Positions 49,916 through 62,700 of a DNA stretch of 64,000 nucleotides are shown here, piece by piece (position 1 is the first letter of the stretch; every line of letters starts with the position of its first letter). Both the position numbers and the translations under genes were made by a program. This DNA is from Octopus sinensis. Taxonomy: Eukaryota. The stretch spans positions 16,802,001 through 16,866,000 of the forward strand of contig NC_043021.1 in the NCBI RefSeq assembly GCF_006345805.1. The letters run 5' to 3'. The notes under the pieces were generated by a model. The model ran no database searches. It was not told where the DNA came from and saw only the letters and a program-made list of their open reading frames with translations.

Positions 49916-51914
49916 ATTATTTTCTTTTATTCTTTATTTGTTTCAGTCATTAGACTGCGGCCATCCTGGGGCACCGCTTTGAAGAATTTCTAGTCGAATA
50001 AAAAAATAAATCCTTTTTTTACTGCTGGTGCTTATATTCTATCGGTCGCTTTTGCCGAACCGCTAACTTAGGAGGACGTAAACCTACCAACACCGGTTGT
50101 GAAGCCGTGGTGGAGAACAAACAAACGCAATGGGCGATCTTACGATATTGGTACACGACGCCATTCACCTATACAACTTTCTCCTCGTGACAAATAAAGA
50201 AGGTGAAAAAGAGGGTGAATGACGCCGACACTCTCTGTAGACCAATACCGAAGGAACGCCACACAAAGCAAAATTTCAAGAAAATCGGAAGAGATAGTTC
50301 AAACGGTCACACAAGCAGCGTCGTTCATTGCCTACAGGCGAGCTGGCTGAATCGTTAGCACGCCGGACAAAAACGCTTAGCGACATTTCGTCTGTGTTCA
50401 CGTTCTGAGTTCAAATTCCGCAAAGGTCGACTTAAGCCTTTCATCCATTCGGAATCAATAAAAATAAATACAACGGTTGAAATTGCTGGTCTAGAACCCA
50501 AAATTTGAAAGCAATAATTTGCGAGAATAAGTCGTAGAAAATCTGCCTCAATAAACGGTGACGGTGTGTGTGTGTGTGTGTGTATACAATTTAGTCTGGC
50601 TAGTAATAAGGCGATTTCGCTATTACTAAGCTTTTGGATTTCCACGAACCACATGTTTTGTTACGACGTAAGCTTATTTCCTCAATGGTTTTTCCTGAAA
50701 TTCATTCAAGCCCCGTTTGGACAAATGATAGATTTAAACGGTTTAACACCACCTTAAATGGCTACTTTCAATTTCCGTCAACCAAATTCGGTAAATTTTT
50801 TTACTATTACACGCGTCACGTGAGACGGGAGTGATAGTAAAAACAATAATTAAATTTTACAGGAAAAAGGAGCGGAATTAGGGGGTGAAAACGTACAAGG
50901 TTAAATTCTTTGACGGAAAGAAACAACCGCCTCAAATTCCTTGTTCTTTCCTGTTTCTGTGAGGTAGTCATGGTGGCTATTCCCTAAGTCCACCGATTAG
51001 AAATGACACCCGCCTCGTGAGACTGACGGGTAAAGTTCACTCACAGCAGATAACAATTGCCGAAGGTGCCACGCAGTGGGACTGAACTCGAAACTACTAG
51101 GTTGAGAAGCGAGTTATGCCTGTTCTTATACTAAATAAAACTGATGAAAGCCAGTAACATGAAAAAAAAAAAAAACAGTCCTTTCTTTTGTTTACAAACT
51201 ATTGGTTTATAATAAAACAATGCCGGAGCTTGGATAATGGATGATGAGTCAGGACCATAGCAAACTAGATCTGCTTGATACAGACTGCTGTTGTTTAGAA
51301 AACAAAAATATATTTGATTGAAATTTTAATTTCATTGACAAAAACAGACTGTTCCATAAAGTTTACGCTTTTTGTTGCCATTTAGTTAAACGAGCATTAT
51401 TTACGTTAAGTATGAATATTCAGAAAGGTTCAGACATTATCGAGAATACATTTCGTCTGTTACAAATAAAACATGTCGGCCGGTCTTCCATTATTTCTGT
51501 TTAAGAAGTGTCTCATAAAAGCAGACGACACGAGGAGGGGGAAGATAGAGAGACATGAATGAATAACTAAATGAATAAATAAATGATGTATTCGTCATTA
51601 AGGTTTGTTAGTTTATCAGTTTAGTTTGAGATAGTACTTCCTTCTTTGCGGTGACAAACCTCTTCATCATCGTCATTAGCGTCGTTACTTGATTCTCGGC
51701 GTTGTTCTCAGCACAATATGGCTGGCTACACAAAATTGCTAATGGTCACGGGATTAATTAGAAAAGAATTTAAATGACACATAACTAAAATGAGAGGGTT
51801 TTTTTAGAAAGGCCAATCATTCCATTACCAACAGCTTTCACTTTCATTTGTTACACTGAAATTTGTCATAAAATTTCCTTGTTATATATATGTATATGAG
51901 TATATATTATCATT

Positions 51915-52585
51915 TTCTTATTTCTTTACTGCCCACAAGGGGCTAAACACAGAGAGGACAAACAAGGACAGATAAACGGATTAAGTCGATTGTAAGGCGG
52001 CGAGCTGGCAGAACCGTTAGCACGCCGGGCGAAATGCACAGCTGTATTTCGTCTGCCGTTACGTTCTGAGTTCAAATTCCGCCGAGGTCGACTTTGCCTT
52101 TCATCCTTTCGGGGTCGATAAATTAAGTACCAGTTACGCATTGGGGTCGATGTAATCGACTTAATCCGTTTGTCTGTCCTTGTTTGTCCTCTCTGTGTTT
52201 AGCCCCTTGTGGGTAGTAAAGAAATAGGATTAAGTCGATTATATCGACCCCAGTGCGTAACTGGTACTTAATTTATCGACCCCGAAAGAATGAAAGGCAA
52301 AGTCGACCTCGGCGGAATTTGAACTCAGAACGTAGCGGCAGACGAAATACCTATTTCTTTATTACCCACAAGGGGCTAAACATAGAGGGGGTAAACAAGG
52401 ACAGATAAACGGATTAAGTCGACTAAATCGACCCCAGTGCGTAACTGGTACTTATTTAATCGACCCAGAAAGGATGAACGGCAAAGTCGACCTCGGCGGA
52501 ATTTGAACTCAGAACGTAGCGGCAGACGAAATACCGCTAAGCATTTCGCCCGATGTGCTAACGTTTCTGCCAGCTCGCCGCCTTT
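51915..52585. mobile_element. Nested SINE A cluster: plus-strand copy inside a minus-strand multimer
   Basis: Plus copy at about 51990-52230 flanked by GGATTAAGTCGATT. Canonical junction at 52344. Confidence 0.8.
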
Positions 52586-53537
52586 TGAGTATATATTATC
52601 AATTTCTGTTAACTTCTCAACACCTACCATAAAGCCACCTCCCTCTCTAGTACACTCGCCCCACTCCGGCCACCACTTAGACGAAGCAGATCTTTTCGTC
52701 TTGCGAGTTACATGGTGACCTCACCAGTGCTGGTGCCACGTGTCACGACAAACGCACCCAGTACACTCTACAAAGTAGTTGGCACTTGGAAGGGCTTCCA
52801 CCTGGAGATTGGAGAAATGATGACCGTCTTCCTGATCGTTGGATCCTGTTGAATTGTCCAACCCATGACAGCGTGGAAGACGGATATCACATTTAATGTC
52901 CGTCTTCCATGAGAATGAGCGATGGCTAAAGATGGCGGGCGGATGGGAGAATGGAGGCGAATGTGGTAAATGGTGAACAAGGGCGGAAAGGTGGTGGTCG
53001 AAGAATATGAGTTGGAGGGAAGGCAAAGGAGAGGTGGTGATGACTGACACTACAGAATGTGTGAAAAACAGTAGCAGCAGGATAATAATAATGATAATAA
53101 TAATAATAATAATAATCCTTTCTACTATAGGCACAAGGTCTTGAAATTTTGGGGAAAGGGATTAAGTAGATTACATCAACCCCCAGTGTTTCAATGGTAC
53201 TTGATTTATCGACTCCGAAAGGATGTATGTTTGTGTAGGTGTGTGGGGTAATGTTAAGGCTCGTGGCTTGGTGGTTACAGTATTTCCTTGAGCAAGACTC
53301 TTAACGTCATGTTGCTCCAGTCCACTCAGCCGGCAAAAATGAGTGGTACTTGTAATTCAAAGGGGGCCAGCCTTGCCACATTCTGTGTCACGCTGAATCT
53401 CCCTGAGAATTACGTTAAGGGCACGCGAATCTGTGGAATACTCACCCACTTGCATGTTAATTTCACGAGCAGGCTATTCCGTTGATCGGATCAACTGTAA
53501 CCCTTGTCGTCATGACCGACGGAATGCCAGTTATAGG

Positions 53538-53599
<62 letters not shown>

Positions 53600-53761
53600 A
53601 CTTGTGAGTATGTATGTAGTTATTTATGTACAGATGTATAGAAGAGGTTATAATTCAACTGTATCCTCGTTAAGTACATCTGTCCGTTCATACTCATCCA
53701 GTGTATGTATGCAGATGTTTCATCTTAAATGTCTCTCATCTTTTCGATATCGATGCTATGT

Positions 53762-54034
53762 CTTTTCGTCCGACGTCACTTCATCGAACGCCTTTTGCTC
53801 CGACGCCTTTTCGTCCGATGATTCTTTTTTAAACAATGACAAACCCTATCGATAAAATTCTCAATGATTCTTTGGTTTTGATGTTCACCTCATTTTCTAA
53901 AGAGTTTATTAAAAACTGGGCAAAATGTCGTTGGACAAAAACAAAATCATGGGACAAAAAAGACGTCGGACCAAAAGACGTGGACGAAGTGACGTTGGAC
54001 AAAGGGACATCGGACGAAAAGTCGGGTCGTGCAC
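53762..54034. mobile_element. Foldback-like element with 15-bp subrepeats
   Basis: Left arm is CTTTTCGTCCGACG-type units (53762-53820). Right arm is GACGTCGGACGAAAA-type units (53925-54024). Confidence 0.65.
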
Positions 54035-54058
54035 AGTATCACAGTATCGACCAGACAA

Positions 54059-54255
54059 TCAGATGCTGTTATACACCGCTGGTCACAATGCGCTTCTAAT
54101 TCTGTCTTGGTTGCCCCTTCTTTTCCAGCTTGACCCAAATTGCTTAATCAAATCGTTTTCCCATCATCGTGGAGGCCTTCTGAGTGGTCTTTCTTAATCT
54201 CTTGGATACCACTCAGCAACTGCATGGCTCCACCTGTTGTCCACGAACCTTATAC
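54059..54255 (-). mobile_element. Degenerate RTE LINE 3' end
   Basis: Reads RFVDNRWSHAVAEWYPRD*ERPLRRPPR*WENDLIKQFGSSWKR, matching the RTE C-terminal RW..V.EW.PR..KR..GRP..RW pattern. Confidence 0.75.
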
Positions 54256-54258
54256 AAG

Positions 54259-54355
54259 CAAGTGTATTAGTTTGACGCTCGGGAAAGTGAGAAAGTTTTT
54301 TCATGTTTCGAGCCTACGCTCTTCAACAGAAAGGAATACGAGAAAATACAGAGAG
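54259..54355 (-). mobile_element. Penelope-type terminal fragment, same family as 13870
   Basis: Minus strand reads CTTTCTGTTGAAGAGCGTAGGCTCGAAACATGAAAAAACTTTCTCACTTTCCCGAGCG. Confidence 0.6.
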
Positions 54356-55737
54356 AGAGAATGAAAAAGAAACTTGTGGATTTGGCGGTCAAGCATGGCG
54401 ATGAGCTTCTTTCAGTTTCTGTCTACCAAATCCACTCACAAGGCTTTGGTCAGCTCGAGGCTACAGTAGAAGACACTTGCCCAAGGTGCCATGCAGTAGG
54501 ACTGAACCTGGAACCATGTAGTTGGGAAGCAAGCTTCTTACCACACGGCCACTCCTGAATATATGTGCGTGTGTGTCTTTGTGTTTGTGTACCCACCACC
54601 ACCACCACCACCGTTTAACCGGTGTTGGTGTGTTTACATCCCCGTAAGCTAGCGGTTCGGCAAAAGAGACCAACAGAATAGGTATTATACTTTAAAAAGA
54701 AAAAATAGTCCTGGGGTCGATTTGTTCGACTAAAACCCTTCAAGGTGGTGCTCCAGGATGGCCGCAGTCAAATGACTGAAACAAGGAAAAGAATAAAAGA
54801 AAAAAAAAGTATAAATTACGATTGCAGCGTGTGTGTGTGTGTGTATGTGTGTCTATGTGTGTGTATGTGTGTGCGTGTGTGTGTTTGCCGTAGTAACTTT
54901 CTTTCACTCATACATAACCACCCTCTTTCTCTGTCTCTCTATCTGTCTCTCTCTCTCTCTCTCTCTCTTCCTTCCTCTCTCCATTAAATACGAAAAAAAC
55001 AACTAAATTAAAAGAAAAAAAATATAAAGAAGAATAAAGAAATAAATCAACTTCAGTCAGCGTTGCTGACGACTTCCACTTAATTCACCGTTAGAGTGAA
55101 ACTTGAGGAGGAAGAGGAAAGAGAGGGAGGGATGGACGAAGGAGTGAGTGAGTGAGGAAAGAGGGGGGGGCAAGTTTTGAAGTGGAGAGGGAAAGTGTAT
55201 CAAAAGGAAAGAGAGAGAGAGAGAGAGAAAGATGAAAGGAAGAGAGACTGAGAGCGAGAAAGAAAAGAAGGAAAGAAAGTAACAAAAGCAGGGGAGAGAG
55301 AGAGAGGAGAAAGGAAAGGAATGGGAGAGGGAGAAGAGAGAAACAAGAGAGTGATAAAGGAAAAAAACGAAAAGAGAGAGAAAGCGAGAGAGGGATAGGA
55401 GGGAGGAAAGAGGGGAAACAAGTTTGAAGTGGGAAGTGAAAGAGAAGCAAAGAGAGAGGGAGGAAGATAGAAAGGGGATAGGGAATAGAAAAGGGAGAAA
55501 GAGACAGGGAGGGAGGGATGAAATAGTGTAAAATATAAGGAGAAACATGGTAGGAGGAGAGAAAGTGAGGGGAAAGTAAGAGGAAGGGCGGAGAGACAAA
55601 TTTCAAATCTGTAAAAAAAAAATCTCATCTCACACACATACACGCTAACATATGCATACATAGAGAAACACATATACATACATTAATACATGCATACACG
55701 CACAGAAAGACTAACACATACTCAGACATACAAATAT

Positions 55738-55786
<49 letters not shown>

Positions 55787-56125
55787 AATGTAGTGATGAA
55801 ACATCGAAAGTAAACGGAAATATTTTATGCCGGAAAAACTTTTTTGAAAGTATCGTGGATATAAACTTAAAGGTGTATAAAAGTGTGTGCATGAACGTAT
55901 GTGTGTATGTGTTTCTACACACATGTATGTATGTATGTATGCATTAAGGCCATTCCCTGTTACATTTACAACTTGAAAAGAGCCAAGTTATCTCTCAACA
56001 TGCAAAGTTATCTGATCGAAGTTATTTGATATCGATGTCTTTAATGATTTAAACGCCAGTTTGATTATTAACATTAGGAAAACAGTCGCGTCTTCAAGAC
56101 ACACACACACACTATATATGAAGTG

Positions 56126-56166
<41 letters not shown>

Positions 56167-57256
56167 GTATGTATATATATATATATATAATCTGAAGTTG
56201 AAACTCTATCCAAACTTGTTTCTTACTTAAAGTTTCAGATTTCTTAAATATATTATGCCATTCATATACACACATCCATACATACGTACACACATATGTA
56301 ACAAAAGGTAAATATATACCATATTAACCCCCACATACATACATACATACATACATACATACATACATACATACATACATACATACATGCATACATGCAT
56401 ACATACATACATACATACATGCATGCACACACAGCATTGTCATGTAAGCCGAAGACTGGTGCTTTGGATAAATTATTTGCTCATAGCATCTTCCTGGCAA
56501 CAAACATAGGTTAATTCTCCTTCAAGAGTCTTTCACTTTACTGAAAGGCCGAACAGAATTTCTTTATCCCTCGTTCTTTCTTTCTTTCATTCGTTCTCAT
56601 TCTTTCTCCTTTTTACTTTCTCCGTCGCTTTTATTTCTTACTTTCTCTTTCTTCTTCTCTTCCTCTTTCTTTCTTTCTTTCTCTCGGTCTTTCACGTTTT
56701 CTCCGTCTTTCTTTTACTTTCTCTCTGTTACTCTTACGCCTTTTCTTTCTCCCTTGGACTCTTTCTCTCTTACTTTCTTTTTCTCTCTCTCTCTCACAAT
56801 TTTTCTTTCTTTCTCTCCGTTATTCTTACAATCTTTCTTTACTCTCTTCATCGAAACTCGTGTGTGTGTGTGTGTGTGTTGGTCTTAATACAACAAACTT
56901 GACTTTCTCGAATTCAAATTGCCTTTCATCCTTTCGGGGTCGATAAAATAAAGTACCAGTCCAGTCCAGTACTGAGGTCGATGTAAATCGACTGACCCCC
57001 GCCTCCCAAAAACTTCAGGCGTCGTACTTATTAATAATAAAAACCATTAATTAATTATGAATTAAAATAAAAAGTCCATCTTCAATAATTAATTTCGGAA
57101 ACTGCAAACATAAACGACGATAAATAATAACACAAGCATCCTTAAACCACCCAAAATGGAGAATCTTGATTCGGGACACTAAATTTAATAATAGCAACGA
57201 AAATCGCCTTCATTTACACACTATATAATCTTTAAAAGAAAAAAAAGACACCATAA

Positions 57257-57289
57257 GGATCTTTTCAGTTTACGAAAATGAAAAGATCC
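57257..57289. mobile_element. 33-bp micro-MITE of the GGATC family
   Basis: GGATCTTTTCA-GTTTACGAAAA-TGAAAAGATCC with a perfect 8-bp TSD CACCATAA (57249-57256, 57290-57297). Confidence 0.85.
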
Positions 57290-57309
57290 CACCATAAAAA
57301 TATATAAAG

Positions 57310-58370
57310 GAACCAATGAAGGTTACTCGGTATGCTAAAAAAAGCAGTCAGATCGCCCTTAATGTAGACACAACAGTTATAAGTTCGGCTTGCTTTAAAT
57401 AACAGCCAAATCGCCCTAAAGTACACACAACTGTTTTAAGTTATGCGGGCCGCTCGGCTTGCTAAAAATAGCAGTCATATCGCCCTCGAATCATACATAC
57501 GCTTTAAAAGTTATGCAGGTCGTTCGGTTTGCTAAAAATAACAGGCAGATTGCCCTCAAACCACACACAACAGTTTTAAAAAGAAACAAAACAACAACAA
57601 AAAAGAAGATATTGGCTATTGCAGTCTTAGACACACTATTTCTGAATGTTTTTCATTGCAGAACAGTTCTTGGAATTAGTATCTTTGATAATAAGTTTTG
57701 AAACTAGTTAGGAAGTTATGGATGGTGGAGCAGGGGTAAGACGTCAGGCCAAAAAAATGTGCTGCGATAGTTTGTTTGTTTTTTCCTTACTTTTTCACAT
57801 CTATATTTACGTTCTAAGTTCAAACCCGGTTGGGGTCAACCTTGCCTGTTACTGTCACGGGATAAAGTATTAAAGTCGATATTATCGACTTGGTATGTCC
57901 TTCACCCAAATATTTGTGATCTCATGCTTCTAGTGAAAATAACAATACAGCAAATATATCGAGTTGTTTACGTTTTGAGTTCAAATCCTACAGAGACCGA
58001 CTCTGCTTTTCTACCTCCCAGGGTTGCTATAACGGATTAATAAATAGCCCAGTAAGGTCCTAAGAGCATTGTAATTTGATTACAATACCCTTTAAGAATC
58101 CAAAGTCTTGTACTGGTGTGCTGAGGGAGTAACCTAATTCGGCTATAATATCCTTTTAAAATCTGGGGGTCTGTTCTGAAGCACAAGGGGTCACCTAATC
58201 TGGCTAACACCCTTTAAAAGCTAGAGGTATTATACTGTAGTTCAGAAGTGCGTGGGGGAGGTGTGCTTAATTCGGTTATGATACCCTTTTCAAAATCTGA
58301 GGTCTTGTGCTACAATACCTAAGGGTCACCTAAATCGGTTAAAATGCCCTTTAAAAGTCCAGAGTCTGGT
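57310..58370. repeat. Two degenerate 60-70 bp tandem repeats (57310-57590 and 58080-58370)
   Basis: Recurrent TCGCCCT...CACAACAGTT...GCTAAAAATA units, and recurrent CACCTAA...TACCCTTTAAAA units. Confidence 0.6.
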
Positions 58371-58570
58371 GTTGTATGTCAGTTGTATTATAAGCTATTA
58401 TTGGAACCGTTTAAATACGAATGGAGAAATATAAATTTGAGGCTGTTTTCATTCAGCTGAACTTTTATAAACTGTTGTAGGGTTAGCTTTAGCAGCCTCT
58501 CTTTCTTTCTCTCTCTCTCTCTCTTTCTTGCTATATACATACATATCTATATAAATATATATACACACAC

Positions 58571-58601
<31 letters not shown>

Positions 58602-58602
58602 A

Positions 58603-58636
<34 letters not shown>

Positions 58637-59509
58637 GATAGATAGATATATAGATAGATAGATAGATAGATAGATAGATGATAGATAGATAGATAGATAG
58701 ATAGATATGCCTTTCTTTCATAATTCGCCATCGCTCTCGAGCAGGGCTATATCTATGATCAGACATCCCAACCGTGACCATCACACCTTTATTCCCTTTC
58801 TCTCTCTCTCTCTCTCTCTCTCTCATTCTCTTATCTATGCGTGTGTATGTGTGTTTAGTAAACCTACATCAAAGGCGTTCCAGCTGTGATCACTAACCTG
58901 GTTTTTTATTTATTTATTCAGTAGACCTTTTGTGTGTGTGTGTGTGTGTGTTTTTAAAGGAATACATTATCCAGTGTACGTTTATTTCCTTCCTTTTATT
59001 ATTTATTTATTTATTTATTTATTGCAGACATTGGGGAGCGCTTTGGGGGAATATTTTGCTGACATTTCTAGCAGATCAAGTGTACACACGTGTGTATGTG
59101 TGCGTACGTATATGTATTATATATGCTTGTGTGTGAGTGCACGGCGTCTCTGAGTATGTGTTTAAGTATTTGCGTGCTGTTGTAAAGTATGTGTTTGAGT
59201 GTGTGTGTGTGTGTGTGTGTGTACGTACATGGCGCCTGTGTAGTATATGTATGAGTTGTGTGTGTATTTATAAATGTATGCGTGTGTATTTGCGTGTCGT
59301 CTGTTTGGAGTGTTTGTATGAGATTTGTGTGTATGTGTTCAGGGAGGTGTATGTGTGTAAGTGTTTGTATTGTGTGTAGTGTGTGCAAAAAGTGAAAAGA
59401 TCCAAAGTGTGTCTAGTGTATGAGGTGTGTATGTATGTGTATATGTATCTATGTGCATAATGTTGTATGTAGTGTGTGTGCGTGTGTGCATAAGGCATGT
59501 GTACGAGTT

Positions 59510-60010
59510 GTGTGTATGTGTTACTTTGAATGTATTAGTGTGTGTGTGTGTGTGTTACTTTGAATGTATTAGTGTGTGTGTGTGTGTATGTGTTACTTTG
59601 AATGTATTAGTGTGTGTGTGTGTGTGTGTGTTTGTGTTACTTTGAATGTATTAGTGTGTGTGTGTGTGTATGTGTTACTTTGAATGTATTAGTGTGTGTG
59701 TGTGTGTTACTTTGAATGTATTAGTGTGTGTGTATGCTTGTAAGCATATGTGTGTATGTATAAGTCTGTCTGAGTTTGTGTGTGTGTGTTACTTGGAATG
59801 TATTACTGCGTGTGTGTGTGTGTATGTGTTACTTTGAATATATTAGTGTGTGTGTGGTTGTAAGCATATGTGTGTGTATATATAAGTCTGTCTGAGTTTG
59901 TGTGTGTGTGTTACTTTGAATGTATTACTGTGTGTGTGTGTGTGTTTGTGTTACTTTGAATGTATTAGTGTGTGTGTATGCTTGTAAGCATATGTGTGTA
60001 TGTATAAGCC
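59510..60010. repeat. Minisatellite GTTACTTTGAATGTATTAG(TG)n
   Basis: About 10 units with a variable (TG)n spacer. Confidence 0.9.
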
Positions 60011-61191
60011 TGTCTGAGTTCGTGTGTGTGTGCCATAGGATGAAGACGGCAGCTTTCTCATCACTTCCTAACGTGATAGACAGAAAAACTAAGAAAAAAA
60101 CCTTCGGACGAAAATTTTTTTAAAGTCAGCAATTAAAGATTAATAATAATGCCAATAATGACAGTAATAATTATTACATAACACGTAATAATGATAAATA
60201 TATATAATACAAATAAGTATTTCGTATATAACGACAGGGAGAGAAGGGTTTTTTTTTGGATTTAACGGACGACGGGTATCAAAAGTTAGTTCGGTCTCAA
60301 TAACTTTGAAAGGCAAAGCGAAAGCTCTCATCATCCTGAAAGGAAAACAATGAGAGGGAGTAGGAGGATGAGGAAGAGGAGAAACAGATGCGGGAGGAGG
60401 AGGAGTGAAGGAGAGAAAAACCGGGGATGTTCGTATGAAAATCCGAAATTTCCGAAACGGAACGATGAAAACCTTGGCTCTTTTTTTTTTTTTTTTGTTA
60501 TTCAGCATCTTTTAATCGTCTTTTCTTTTCCTAATTTACTTTCATTCTTTCTTTCTCTCTTTTTTTAAATTTTTTTTTCCCTGTATTAGCGTCATCTTAT
60601 ATTTGTTGTTTCTAATTTTGACCGTTTTTTCCTCTCTTTTTCTCATTGTCCCTTTTTCTTTTCCTTTCTCACCTTACTTTTCGAAATCCCCTTCTCTCTT
60701 TCCCCCATACGTATCTTTCTTTCACTCTCTCTCCCTCTCCCTACGTATGTATTTATCTACCTATCATCACTCTTTACCCTTATCATACTTTCTACTTTTT
60801 ACCTTATTTTCCCCTACACCATCACCTTAACTACTTCTCCATAACCCTCTCTTTCACTCTCTTTCTCTCAATCCTTCTGTCACTCTCTCTCTATATATAT
60901 ATATCTATATGCCTCTTTCATTCTATCACAATTTATCCGTTACTTACTCCCTATATCTATCAATCTATATACCTCACTCTCCATTTATCCGTTACTCCCT
61001 CCCTATATGTATGTCTCTATCCCTTTTTCTCTTTCTCTTTCAATCTCTCTATCTGTTTACTCCCTCCTTATATCTGTCTCTATCTCTAATCTCTTTCTTT
61101 CTATCTATCACCTCCTCTCTCTATATATATACATATCTATATCTATCTATCTCTATCACCCACCTCCTCTCTCTATATATATACATATCTA

Positions 61192-61228
<37 letters not shown>

Positions 61229-61544
61229 ATGTGTGTGTGTGCGTGCGTCTATCTCCATCTTTCTCCATCTCTCATTCAAGACGGCCAACGTTCGTTTAAA
61301 AATCCTATAATAAACCGATTCAAAACTATATTCAACTTCAAAAATACAACCCCCCCCCAAAAAAAAAAACCCCAACCGAACAATCATCCAAAACTAAAAA
61401 AAAAAACGATCAAAAGAACCCATAAAAACCGATAAAAAAAAAGGCAAACGGGACAAAAAAAAAAACAAAACAAACAAATAAATAAATAGCAACAACAACA
61501 TGATGAAGAACAAAACTCTTCGAACAAAACAAAAAAAAAAAGAA

Positions 61545-61550
61545 ACTTAC
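61545..61550 (-). other. 5' splice donor GTAAGT, phase 1
   Basis: Minus strand reads AAC TAC GCT G|GTAAGT. Confidence 0.9.
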
Positions 61551-61704
61551 CAGCGTAGTTATCAAATAATGTAGGTAGATACTCCGTGTGGAAAGTATTA
61601 TTTGTAATTCTGGCTGCTAAACATGACTTGCCAATGGCACTGTCTCCGACCAGAACACACTTTATGTTGCTTTTGTCTAAACTTTCGTCGAGTTCGGACG
61701 TCAT
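61551..61704 (-). CDS. First coding exon of a Rho-family small GTPase (Cdc42/Rac/RhoQ-like switch I, RhoH-like P-loop)
   Basis: ATG at 61704 in CCAAAATG context. 51 codons +1 nt: [51 protein letters not shown]. Contains G1 GxxxxGKS and switch I YxPTxFDNY, and ends at a consensus donor. Confidence 0.92.
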
Positions 61705-61799
61705 TTTGGGCGCTGGCTGGGTTGGTTGTAAATGATGGACCGGAATTTGTGTGAGAGAAAAAGAGAAAGGCAGAGAGTGTGTGTGTGTTAGAGAGAGAG

Positions 61800-62020
61800 T
61801 ATGTGCGTGATGAAGGAGAGAGAGAGAGGGGGAGAAGAGAGGGACATGTATATAGAGAGAGTGCATGAGGGGAAGAAGGGAGAAAGAGGGAGAGAGAGAG
61901 AGAGAAAACGAAACGGATTATTTCCCTTAGTAAATAGATGAATGAGTCAATGAATAAAAATAATATAAAAAAGAGAAAATAAATACAAAGATAAATTAAA
62001 ACATCTGAAAGAGAGGAAGG

Positions 62021-62054
<34 letters not shown>

Positions 62055-62108
62055 AGAAAGAACGAAGAGATATATTAGATAGAGACAGACAGATAGACAT
62101 ATAGGCAA

Positions 62109-62165
<57 letters not shown>

Positions 62166-62193
62166 GGATGGATAGATAGATAGATAGACAGAC

Positions 62194-62225
<32 letters not shown>

Positions 62226-62288
62226 GAGTCAATAAATAAAAATAATACAAAGATAAATCAAAACATCTGAAAGAGAGAGAGAGAAAAG

Positions 62289-62354
<66 letters not shown>

Positions 62355-62700
62355 TTGATAGATATAAGAGACAGAGAGACAGATAAACAGAGAAAGTGAA
62401 GGGGAGATGGACTGACAGACAGATAAACAGAGAGAGGGAGGGAGAGAAAGAAAGTCAGACAGACAGATAGGCTGGCAGACAGACAGACAGGCTGGCAGGC
62501 AGGTAGACAGAGACAAAGGGAGAGACAGAAAGACAGATAGACAGACTGGAAGAGTGATAGAAAGACAGATAGAGTCAGAGATAGAGAGAGAAGTAGATGG
62601 ATAGACAGGTACAGAGATAGGGAGGGAGAAAAAAAGAGACAGTCAGTCAGAGAAAGAGAGAGAGGAGGAGAAACAGACTGACAGAGAGAGGAGGAGGAGG
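61800..62700. repeat. GA-rich and (GATA)n tracts upstream of the GTPase exon
   Basis: Directly visible. Confidence 0.9.

Noticed and set aside
52690-53070. GC-richer stretch resembling coding sequence
   Set aside because: The frames I translated gave no recognisable motif or splice signals, so it is left unassigned.
60190-60338. Strong minus-strand acceptor (TTTCCTTTCAG) 1.2 kb into the intron
   Set aside because: In the required phase it gives GGA TGA immediately and there is no convincing donor. It cannot be called an exon or poison exon without reads.
61384-61866. The supplied 160-aa ORF as a complete protein
   Set aside because: Only 61551-61704 is Rho-like. The upstream part is a CT/CA tract and the downstream part reads through a consensus GTAAGT donor into T-rich intron.
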